From: Klebsormidium nitens
Taxonomy: Eukaryota > Plantae > Klebsormidiophyceae
Assembly: GCA_000708835.1 (NCBI GenBank)
Contig: DF237240.1
Span: 43,697-107,696 of the forward strand
Length of the DNA stretch: 64,000 nucleotides
Direction: 5' to 3'
Shown: in pieces, positions 22,224 through 33,200 of the stretch
How the letters are laid out: every line of letters starts with the position of its first letter
How positions within the stretch are numbered: the stretch's first letter is position 1
Made by a program: the position numbers and the translations under genes
Notes under the pieces: model-generated
The model's database searches: none
Told to the model about the DNA's origin: nothing
Seen by the model: the letters and a program-made list of their open reading frames with translations, nothing else

Positions 22224-25200
22224 TCAGGTCAAATAGATATGTTTCAGATCAGAGAGTCTGCAAGTATGCAACTCGCAATTTTCGAACTCCTTACCTGTTA
22301 AGGAAAACAAAACTCCCCAATGGCTGACAACCTGCAGGACAACACACAAGATGTTTTGCCAGGATCGTTATCAAACCGCATGTTTGCGTTGCGAGGTTGA
22401 ACTTGACGGACTGGTAGCTCACTTCAGACAACGAGATTAAACGTACATTGCAGGGGTCTTCTGGGTAACAAAGTTGAAGCAAGACGTCAGCTGATTCGCC
22501 GTTCTTTCCACGAAAACGTTAGCCTATACTTGGCCTTCAAAAGACTAGAATTGACCTTCAATCAACCTAGTGAGGCCATGACAAAGTTCAAGTCTCAAGG
22601 GCGTGACAGGACAGAATCGACAACCTCAGCCAATAGCTTTTCAAAAAACTGGAAACGCAGTTGTCTCGCCTTTGACCGCAGATCTTCCTCACTTCTTTCA
22701 AGTGACTTCGTCAAGCAATCACCTGCCGTTTCAGATCATTCCTGGACTTCTCTTGATCCTAAGCTGCTCAGAGAAGCCCTTCCCGATGAATAAAACGCAG
22801 TCACGCGCCGGCTGGACGACCAAATAGCTCACCGCAATCGTCCGCTCCGGCCGTGCCGCCAGCCATTCCTTGAAAGCTGCAACGCGCGCCCGGAAGATCT
22901 CAGGCGACTCGGGAAAGATGGCCAGCGGGTCGCCTTTCCCGTCAGTGTGCCACCAGATATCTGCACGTAAAGGCAGGTTCCACTGTCTGGGGTCGCCCTT
23001 CGACGCACGGGCTTTGCTTTCCAGCGTGCTTCAGGGTTCCAGAGAAAGGATCATGCCGGCAGATGTACACCGAAAGGACGACTGTCCGCAGGAGAAATCT
23101 TTCGGAGAGATGCACGCGTCCGCTGCTAGAATGGGAACGTGCAAACGCGAGGAGCGACGAACGTCAGATGCAGGAACACAGCACTCCCAAGGCAACCCGG
23201 TGGGGGTTCAATATTCTCGAACTTGTCAAAATAGAGCGTTGAAGAAACAGACCAGGATTGCGACTTTCGCCAAGCTGCCTGTATATGTGGTTGTCATCTT
23301 TGACACTGGATGCCTCTCAGAGTCTCAATAAGGTTGTTAGAAGAGATACCGTGACAAGGCCACAGGCGCTGCCGACGATCCTCTTCGTCGAAGACAACCG
23401 CAGATTTTGTGGTCAAAGAACATGCTGGACTTTGCACGAGGCCAGTTGAAGGAGTTGCCTTCCTCCGAGCCTGGTCGACGTTTCTGACCCTCTTCCCAGC
23501 CCAGCGACCAATGCTTATTGTCCGTCAGGAGTCCTCGAAAGTTCTACTCCGAAGGCCAAAACCTTTCTACCGCTCAACCAACACCATCAAGATGACTCAA
23601 CCGTCGATGCTTCCAAAGAAACACACAAGCAGCTGACGTTACGCTGACAACGGCGAGCTACTCACCGGCCAGCGAGGAAAAATCGAGGGCCGGGTACTCG
23701 AGCAGAAGGTCGTTCGGGTGGCGCCCAATGTCGGACGCCATCCACAGCCTTTCTCGTGCAAGCTCACACACTACCTGCTTACCACCGCAGAAGTAAAGTC
23801 AGAATCCGTGGATCAGACGACTGGTACTCGTAGGCTCGCTTCGTGCACACAATGATCAAAGTGATTTTGCAAATCCAACTTCCAGTCTCTCTGCTGGTCG
23901 AGGGGGTCTTGGCTTACTCCTTAGTGTCTCGAAGCAAGAGCACGTGCATGCCATTGAGACTGCTCGAGCCGAATCTTTGTGCAAGCAAACCCAAAAGCAC
24001 TGAAAGTGAATCAGATAAGTGTCTCTGCTTTCGAGCTCCGACGAACGGAGCTGCATTCTGGGCCGCTACAAAGCCCGGCCAGACTACGCCGTATGAAAAT
24101 CAAACACTGGTTCTAAGAACCCACAAAACCGCTGCTCTGGTTTGTAAAAGCTGCAGGGGGCGACTGCAGATCTTAGAAGGCCATCAGAATCTTCCACAAA
24201 ACCCCAGCTTTGCAATTCTCTCGCAACAAGCACGACCAACACGACCCTCATCAGACATTAGCAACGCTTGACCTGATTGCGAACTGCCACAGTCTGGCTG
24301 GCTCCACAAGCTTCTGACGTCTTAAGAGCGGCCCTTCCAAAAGCGCCTTTACTCAAACTTGCTTGCGCAATTCCACTCCAGTTTCCGAGAAACTTGAAAG
24401 GCTTGACGCATATCCTTCCACTCCAAAGGCCTTACCGTTACGCAATCTCTGGGAAATATATATCCTTGACCCTTTTGATGAGCCGAAATCCCGGGTCGGT
24501 ATTTTGCAAACTGTCAAAAAGTCTCACCTTTGGGGCGTCAACGCCAGCAAAGGCCAGTTGCATGGTGTCCATTGCACGCGTAAGAGGTGATGTCACTATC
24601 AAATCGATTGGTCCCAACTCAGCCACCTTCTTGTTCACCGACTTGGCCTGCACAGAAGCCTCCCCATTTGTCATCTCATGAGCCAGCCCGAGCAAACAAA
24701 GTCACAAAGACAACGAGCTATCGCCTGAGGATCTGACAGAGCAGCACCGAGAGTGTGGTACAATTTCAAGTGGACGTCCTTACAAGGGCCTTTCAAGTGT
24801 GGCCAATCTTGCTCACTCCACCTAGATGAAAGACTAAGGTGTCCGGCAGGTTTGTTTTGTCGCACACTGTCTGTAACTGCAAGCAACTTACCTGTTCTCG
24901 ACCTTCTGGTGTCAACCGTGTGTCATACATCAATGGATCTGTAAAACCTGCACATACAATCTTGAAATTAGTGCATCACACTAAAATCAAACCACTGGCA
25001 GGATTCAAAAATATGTAGGTTGCAGGAGAAGATACTCCTAACCGGTAAGGCACAGCGAATGTGGATTTTTGTTAAGAGGTAGAGAATCTGAACCATTCCA
25101 ATTGTGTCCAGTGACAAACTGTAATGATTGTGGCTTACTGGCAAAATCACCCTCTTTGCAGGTTTGATTCTTGCAGAAGTTGCTGGCCTTTAGGTGGTCT

Positions 25201-25886
25201 AGCTATTGAGGTCCCTCTAGTACGAGTTTCATGTGTCCTTTCTAAATACACGCTGGTCCAACTAAAGTCTCTTTGAGAAGCAATACAAAGTATTGTTGCC
25301 TTGACTGAGTGGGGATCCGATCTTTTCAAGCAGCTCTTACTCGCCTACTAGCTCGATTGTATTTCAACAATCTTTTGCAAGTTTACCCTCAGCAGCCAAA
25401 TCCCCTCCGCTTACAGCAAGAACACGCTGCACCCTAACTGAGTAAAAAATAGAAGCTTGATCATGATATTGATTCAGCTGCTCCTTGCTATGATTGTGCA
25501 ACGTATCTCCTAGATGAGTCAGGACGGCGCAGCGCTGGCTCGGGGTCATAACCTACAAGATCGACAAGCGTGGTGGTAATAAGTACAAAAGTGGGCAAGT
25601 AAGATACCGTACCTTGCGGAGCAGATCCCAGGAACACATTCATCTCAGTAACTCCATGCCGCACCAGATGAAGAACCTTGTCGTCCTTAGAGGCTGCAGT
25701 ATTGCTCTTCATTTCCTCCCCGCTCTTCTCGCTTCTGATTTCAGAATGTCCAGATTGTTTATCTGACGTTGCCCAAGGGGTATATTTCTGCAACATGGTT
25801 TTCTGCTGGCAGAACGAACAAGGCAGAAGAAACTGCTTGAAGGGTTTGAGCGATGGGGCGCACCGGCTCGCTATGGCCACCGCCAT
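22224..25886 (-). CDS. Histidine phosphatase / phosphoglycerate mutase-like protein, multi-exon
   Basis: Exons give VLHLVRHGVTEMN (RHG motif), DPLMYDTRLTPEGREQ, LIVTSPLTRAMDT, RERLWMASDIGR..YPALDFSSL, ESPEIFRARVAAFKEWLAARPERTIA and VVSHWGVLFSLTGKEFENCEL. Some internal exon boundaries are approximate. Confidence 0.88.
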
Positions 25887-26260
25887 GACTCTGGTACCAT
25901 GCAGCGCATGGGTTTTTTGCGAAGCCCCGTCAGGGCGAAGCCTAGGATATAGGTCACCCTGTCTGTCCGACCCGAACGTCCAATCAGTTAGGGTGTCCAC
26001 GTGTCACGTCTCAAAACGTCGAGCATTCTCCGAACAGCTAGGCCCAGGACTCGGAAAGACATTCACCGGTCGAACGTTCTAAGGGCCCGCGTAGTGACGT
26101 GCAGTACTCGGTTGACTTTCAAATGCCCCGAGCATTCTCTGGACCAGCGCCTCACTTTGCTTCCTGAGCCGTCGATTAGAAAGCAACAAAATTTGGGACG
26201 GAGGATCAAGTGCATTGCGGACTGCGGACGGTTCCCAATGGTGCCAGCCGGCCCAATAGA

Positions 26261-26407
26261 AAGCGGGGGGGTTCGGGGGGCAGCAGCCCCCCCGATTCAT
26301 GAATGTTGTATAAGTTGTGAGCCTAGCTGCTCGCTAAAGTAGGTACCGGTAGGTTGATCGGGTTTTTCATTGAAGTCGGGGGGGTTTGGGGGGGCGGCAG
26401 CCCCCCC
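26261..26407. repeat. Two direct copies of a G-run/C-run hairpin motif (~112 bp apart)
   Basis: AAGCGGGGGGGTTCGGGGGGCAGCAGCCCCCCC (26261-26293) and AAGTCGGGGGGGTTTGGGGGGGCGGCAGCCCCCCC (~26373-26407). Each contains a GGGGGGC-N4-GCCCCCC stem-loop. Confidence 0.8.
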
Positions 26408-26577
26408 AATATCGTTTGAGTAGAAAACTTTTGGACAGGGGGGGTGCGGGCTTCGCTTTTTTGCAGACGAACGTCTGCCCAAGAAACTAGTCAAGATCAG
26501 ATTTCAGATCTGCTGGTGCCAGCTAAAATTTCAAGATGCTCTCCCGATTTCCGGTGCCTATGTAGGTACCGGGGATG

Positions 26578-27306
26578 GCAGCGCAAATGATGCAGCATTT
26601 TGGCTTATAGATTTAAGTTGGTGTAATTTTGTTTCATGTTGAAATAATTTTGTATCGAGTTGCTGGAGTTTGTAATCGAGTTGTTGGAATTTGTAATCGA
26701 GTCGTCGGAGTTTGTAATCGAGTTGAAGTACTTCGTAATCGAGTTGTAGTAGTTTGCAATCGAGTTGTAGTACTTTGCAATCAAGTTGTTGGAGTTTGTA
26801 ATCGAGTTGTTGAATCGACTCGCGGGTGACGGAGCACCACCTAAATTCGCGGAGTAAGTCGATGATATACTTCTGTGCCGTCCGATCAGAGACAGCAATG
26901 ATCGGACGGTTGATCGCAGATCTGCTTTTAGCCCCAAGCGAAATTTCTCCGGACAGGTTCGAACTGGGGTTAGCTGTTGATTAAAAACTGGTTGCGACAC
27001 AGGCGGAAGGTTATTCAAGCCAAAACCGCGGCGATATCAAAGTCTTCCTCAAACTGCAAAGATCAGGATTTTCCAGCAGCCCGTTTAGGCAAACTAGACC
27101 CGGCCACTCCTGGGTTAAAGAGTGCGGGGGCAGGAAACCCAAAAAATGACGGGTGGCGCTCGCCGCAATGATTGTAGCAATTTGACAACTACCCAAATCA
27201 ACTTGGTTACAAATTACAACAACTTATCCAATAAGTTAAACGAGTACAATTTAAACTCATTTGGCGTATACGATCGCAACATGAATTGTTGCATCATTTG
27301 CGCTGC
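26578..27306. mobile_element. Foldback/MITE-like non-autonomous element with diverged inverted arms and 21-nt tandem repeats
   Basis: Exact 17-bp inverted pair: GCAGCGCAAATGATGCA (26578-26594) and TGCATCATTTGCGCTGC (27290-27306). About 8 copies of a 21-nt unit (TGTAATCGAGTTGTTGGAGTT-like) lie at ~26650-26815. A related unit appears reversed at ~27200-27230. No target-site duplication was identified. Confidence 0.45.
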
Positions 27307-27935
27307 AATAACCGGGTCCGTACGCATGCATGAATGCGCGAGTGGGCAGTTTGAAGAGACGGCCGTTAGGGTGACTCGGGCACCGGGCATCTCTGCCTTT
27401 TCACCGGGCCCTACCAGTGAGAATTACCGGTCGGTATCCTACTGGTATACGAGTTGGCATGCCGCATTAACAGTCAGGACCAGCCGGTTACTCATAGCTC
27501 AAAGGCCGGCTTGTCTCCCGGGGTAGCACCTTGCAAGGAAAAGACGGTGGAAACGAACGGGTCAGCCGTCTGGACCGTGATCTGGCTAGCGGTCGCCGGT
27601 CCTCGACTGCAACTTCAAGCTCTCGAAATGCAACACAGAACTCTGATCGACTCTGACTCCGAGTCTTGGTCCCAGCTGAAACTTGAAAGTTGAAACCATA
27701 GGCCCGTGATGTTGGGGGCCAGCGTGCCATTCTAATTTCTAGAGGCATTGTCAATGATCGTCTTTATACTTTAGATCGCGTGTTAGCCAGCGATTCTAGA
27801 GCAGCATTGAGCAGTTCTGGGGCAACCTGGTCACCTGTGGCGGTGGTGGTTGGGAAATGTGATGGTCTTCGGTTGTGGCAAAATATAGGTTGGACTTCGT
27901 GACTTGCTTGTCAGCTGATGCTGCATTCTTGAATC

Positions 27936-29474
27936 ATGGCGCACAATGTGTCTGACAAGAAGTTGAAGAAGGGCGCCAGAGCTGCAGAAAAGATTGATGT
28001 CAAGGACTTCCCACTTCCGTATGAACTCTTTCCACCGCCGCTGCATCCTAATCTTATCAGAACTCCCTTCAGTGAGGAACAAAAAGCCAGGGTTGCAAGG
28101 CTTGTAGCTATCGTATCTGAGATGCTTAGTTCGTGGGCTGAGACCATTTGGGGGATTGAAGAGGACATGTGGCCTGAGAAAGATATTCTCATGTGGGAGT
28201 CTGCTGTGAACTCTTATGAGGAAGTGTTGCGACGACGGAAATTGAAAGTAAGCAGGGGCCAGGCTTACTCTTCCTAGGACAATCTGCATAATCGGCTGGA
28301 TATAGAGGGTAGAAACTCCATGAGTTTGTGAACAAACTTCTGGTCTACCTTTAGCTCAACGACTGCACAACAGCCGCTTGTGCTTGTGCTTGTGTTTGTG
28401 CTTGTGCTTGTGCTTGTGTCTGCCGAAAAGAAAAGGTGCGAGTTGGCAGAATGGTGCGTTCACGGACTGTTCCTTATCCCTCCATTCATACCTGCTTCTA
28501 GATGTTTGCATTGTCTCCATTGGGATAGTGGTGCCTGAAGCGAGGGGCTGCGGGTGTTCTTCTCATGCAAAGGGTGAAATTATGAGCCGCTTCGAATCTA
28601 TTAGGAGACCACTATGAATTCTTTGCATTGGGATAGGAACATTGATGCAATCTGAATGTTGAGGCTGTCAACCAGATCGCGTAGTAGAGTCTCCCAGCTT
28701 CAGCAGTCAGTTGTTTCTACATTTGCTTGAAACTCTCTACTCGCTTGTGTCATCTCAGGTCAAGCCAAGCACGCGCAGTGAGCGGCTTCAGATCTTGAGG
28801 CAATGCTACAGATTTTACACAGAAGACTACGGCCCTCCTGACAAGATGCAGCTGGAGCGTCTCGTATTTGAAAGCTGTCAGGCCATTTACGAGGAGCGCA
28901 AGGGTGTGATCCAACAAGCAGTTGAGAAAACAAAGGCCTTGCTGGCTCTAGCGGACTTCTGCGAACTGTGCCATCTGCACAATGTGGGCTTCCGGCTATG
29001 TGGCAGGTGAGGATGACTGCCTCTGTGCAACTCTTTTTTGTTTGTGTCTTCTCGTCATTCAACGAAGCAATTGTGGAGTGGGTGCAAGTTTCATCAGTTG
29101 TGGACAGAATTGCTTCAGTTTGCAGAAGCGTCGTGAAGTTGACAACATGAACGAACAAGCAATGGCGATAGTTAAGTCGTTCATGCTGTCCATTCGAGTG
29201 GGATTGAACTTAATGCTGATCACGGAAGCCTTTGAAGATTCCCTCCCTGTCGTGCAGGTGTAAAGCTGTGAAGTACTGTAGTGAAAAATGTCAGAAGGAA
29301 GATTGGAAGAAAAAGCAGGGCGGTCATAAGGAGGTCTGCAACGCTGTTCAGAGGGGTGAATTGAAACCTGAAAATGTTCCACGGTTGAAAGTAATGACCA
29401 TGGTGCCAACGCACGCCGCTAATGCTCTCATTCCTGCTTACGTGATGACCCCTAAGTTCGTATATAAAGCTTAG
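27936..29474 (+). CDS. MYND-type zinc-finger protein, 3 exons (27936-~28248, ~28759-29008, ~29259-29474)
   Basis: The spliced finger reads FCELCHLHNVGFRLCGR|CKAVKYCSEKCQKEDWKKKQGGHKEVC, with GT-AG junctions in frame. Confidence 0.85.
28376..28418. repeat. (GCTTGT)n hexanucleotide microsatellite in an intron
   Basis: About 7 near-perfect GCTTGT units. Confidence 0.9.
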
Positions 29475-30297
29475 AGCAGTCGCAGGTATGGTCGATTAAG
29501 AAGCTCGCCACGCACCGGACTTCGAAACATGCGATTGTCGAGTATATAACACACTGACATGGTCGATTTGAGGCCTGATATGCACTTGAATCTTCCAACA
29601 CGTACCGTCGTCACATGGTTGGCCAGATTCGAGGAAAGTTGGTCTCATTAACACAAATAAGTTGGTTATTCGATCATCAACATAGACGAGCCTGCGATGT
29701 GGCTTTCGATGCCGTTCGAATTATTTGATAACTCATGCAGAACGTCGGACTACCATGAACTACCATCACTCTGGTCGGATCCTATTCGGTAGCATGCAAC
29801 TTACGGACTGGACATCCTTGCTGCTGCTTAATAATTCATTAGCAGCACGTGCACGACAACATTGATTGGTGACATGTCACACAGTCATTCGGATATATTT
29901 CTCATGCCTCCAATGTGGCTCATGCAAGCCTAGATTGAAGCGCTATAACATGTACTAACCCTGAAATTCTGATAGAGACTTTGCCGCCCAGTCCTTGATA
30001 CAAAGGGATGCACACGATCATCAAATCGATGAGCTACTGATACATGGATCACCGGTTTTTTCAAGCCTCCTCTGAAGTTGACAGAGATACAGAATCGGAT
30101 AATTGACTTTAAAGGGAATTCTGCAAAGACCACATATGCTATGTACCTACATGGGCCCGGCCAATGATACTGCACAAACCTCGACTTCATATGTGCCTGA
30201 GCTTGCGCAAACACGCCCTTGCGGAACAAGTCAACCCGTGCGTTGCCCGATTTACGGCAACAGAAATGAATCGAGGGGGAGCTTCTGCAATCGCGTA

Positions 30298-33200
30298 TTA
30301 ATCGGCCAGCAAACTGGCCAGGATTTCTCCCATGCTCTTGCTGTCGGAATCACCAGATGATTTGCCCGTGTCCGTCAGGACGGCTGCATCCAGGCTGAGC
30401 TTGCGGTTCGCAATCTCCAGAATGCTCTCGTCCACCGTCTGTGCCGAAACCAGCCTGCAGAAAATGCGCTGCATGAGCTTCGGCGCCTCCTCTGGTTAGC
30501 GAAGGGGCCTGGATATACTATGTACACAAGCTGAGCAGCATTGGATGAACAGATGGATGTCGGCGGGGAAAACAACAAGCTCCACCTGACGACCGGAGTC
30601 GGTTTACTGAGTCTCCAACTCGCTGGCTGGTCAGCAGAAACTCGCCTCGAAAATTCGAGGCTTCCATGATTTGACCTTGCAATCAAGAAATCAGGCCGCA
30701 ATCCGCAGGTTGTCCGATTGAACTGCTCGATTCTCAAAGGGGGAAAGTTGCTTGGCACGGCGCGGAAGCGGAATCAGGCACAAAAGCCCCGATACATGGA
30801 GGCAAACGACGCGGCAAGAACGTTCCAGCCGGCAGGACGAACGCCGACCATCTCACTCGTAGACCTTGACGGGCCTCGTCTAATCGTCCAAATCAAACCA
30901 AACCCGCAACCGTTCCTCATGCGAATGCCGCTTAACAAAGAATCCATACAACACACAGAGAGGGTCCAGAGGACGTCACGAAATACGCGACTTTGACCCG
31001 TTAACAGTGACGGCCGCGTCTGGCCGCCGAGATCGTATACGGCACCGTCTTTCTTCTTGGAGACGTCAGCCAACAAGTTATACCAGCACAAGGACGGTGA
31101 AATGACGTCACGCGGTAGAGGAGCCTGACCTGTAGACAGTGACGGGCCGCGTCTGGCCGATACGGTGGCAGCGGTCCTCCGCCTGGCGGTCGACCTGCGG
31201 ATTGAAGTCCACGTCGTGCAGAATCACCGTGTCAGCGCCCGTCAGATTCAGGCCCTGCAGTAGCCACGAGAAACGATTGCTGACGTCAGCCTAGCGTGAG
31301 CATGGGAGTGAGCGTTCAGAGAGTCGTGCCATGCTGGGCAGGCGGTTGCTCGGGGGCGATCGGGCGGGGCGTGGCGTCGAAGGGGCAGTCAGCACAGCCC
31401 GGGAAAGGGAGCCGTGCCTGTCGAAGGGGGAGAAAGAGGCGGAACAACCATCGACTGGCTTACAACCGGCCTTATTACATAGGAAATCAAGAAAAAGGGA
31501 CAATCTAAAAGAAGCGGCTGATCTAGTTGACTCCCTGCTCTTGCTGGTCCGGTAAAGCAAGCAGGCTCTTATCTATAAGGTAGCTCAAGTCGCGAGCAAA
31601 GCTAGCTGCTTTGAAGAGATGCTCTCGGGGGCACGGGGATGGGGTCCCCGGCCCATAAGAAAGTCGCGCCGGCAGTCAAGGACGACCGGGTGTTTCCTCC
31701 GGGAGGGTCCCTCAACTCCGACTGCCAACAGTAAGTGAGCCAATTTCCCAAGATAGCTTTTTGCAGCCCCAAAGAATCAGCCCGTCTTTTACCTCGAGCA
31801 GATTTGTTCGCTCCCCTCCTTCTGCAGGCTCAGGTGCCGGGCAATGGCTCAGAGAGAGACATCACTGAGAAGAGCAATTGCCCTTATAAGACGATTATTA
31901 TCCTACTCGAAAACCAGAAACGACTAAGGTGAACAACCTTACCTGCCCCCCCGCTCTCGTTGACAGCAGGAACGCAAACAGATTATCGTCCTGGTTGAAG
32001 CGGTCCACCAGCGCCTGGCGCTCGGACACCTGCGTGCTGCCGTCCAGTCGGACGTACGAAAAGCCGAGCAGCTCCAGCACCCACTCCAGCACGTCCAGCA
32101 TCGCCGTCCACTGGCTGAAGATCAACGGCCGGGAACTCTTGGCGCGCAGTGCGGGGAGGAGCTGGGTCAGCACCTGGGGGACGGAGGAATCTGGTTTTGT
32201 CGAAGCTTCACAGTTCGTGTCCGAACCTTCTGCGATCGAGTAAAGTCACACAATTTCTGTACCTTCATTCAGTGTTGAAGCTTCAAGAATCAAACTCTGC
32301 GGTCAATCATCGAAGTTCTATACTACCGAGAAATTCGTGCTTCACTTGCATCCCGCTCATAACCTCGACGTTAAAACTGCGGTACGATGAAAGTAAAATC
32401 ATGAAACAATGCTGTGACTCGAGGACGTCAGGGCGAAGAGCCTTTGAGTGTAAGGAGCGACGCCTCACCTCGCACTTGCCGGATGCCAGGGCTTCTTCCC
32501 GGCTGAGGGTCTTCTCGGCTAGCCCGGGGTACTGTCCGCATACCTGCATTGGATATTTTTGAGAACTTAGAGAACATGACAAGGGCCGTGCCTAAATATG
32601 CAATCCGTCATTCAGATTCGTTGACTTTGCCATGTCCGAAAGAGAGAGCGTGCACAGAAGCTCGACTTCGTCGGCAAAACCGTCACTTTTGAAAGCCCGT
32701 TCGAGGATCTTCGGTCGGTTTCTGCAGCCAAATTGTTGCCACGTGGCTCGCTGCGACGTGTATAGCGAGGCCGTACAAATCGAGGAAGCCTCTGTTTTGG
32801 CTGGTCGCTTACCTGATGCAAATCGTAGTCGCTACTACCTTGCAACTCATCGTATATCTGCGAAAGACAAACGTAGGATATGGAATTCGAGGTGAAAGCG
32901 AGCAGCCAAAAGCACGTCGCCAAGATCCGTTCATTGGAGCTTCCGACGAGTGGGTGAGAATGCAAAGCTCTCAAAAAAGAGATCTTTCGATTGAGCGAGG
33001 GCCGAAAACAAACGACATCATCAAAAAGCGGACGAGGTGATACGCGAAGAATCAGAGGAGACAGAGAGGGCCCTGCAATCTCCAGAATTGCGACCGCGCT
33101 CAGAGGAGGTGCAGCGCTTAATCAGAACAGGCTGATGGGCTCACTCTATCAACGGACGCTTCAACGTTGTACACTCCCCAAGAGTGCAGCTTCTCCGCAA

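Noticed and set aside
26650-26815. 21-nt repeats as a CRISPR array
   Set aside because: Head-to-tail units with no unique spacers, no cas genes, and a eukaryotic context.
26950-26970. GGTTCGA T-loop-like words as tRNA genes (also ~3838, ~46512, ~61004)
   Set aside because: No acceptor, D or anticodon stems can be folded around them.
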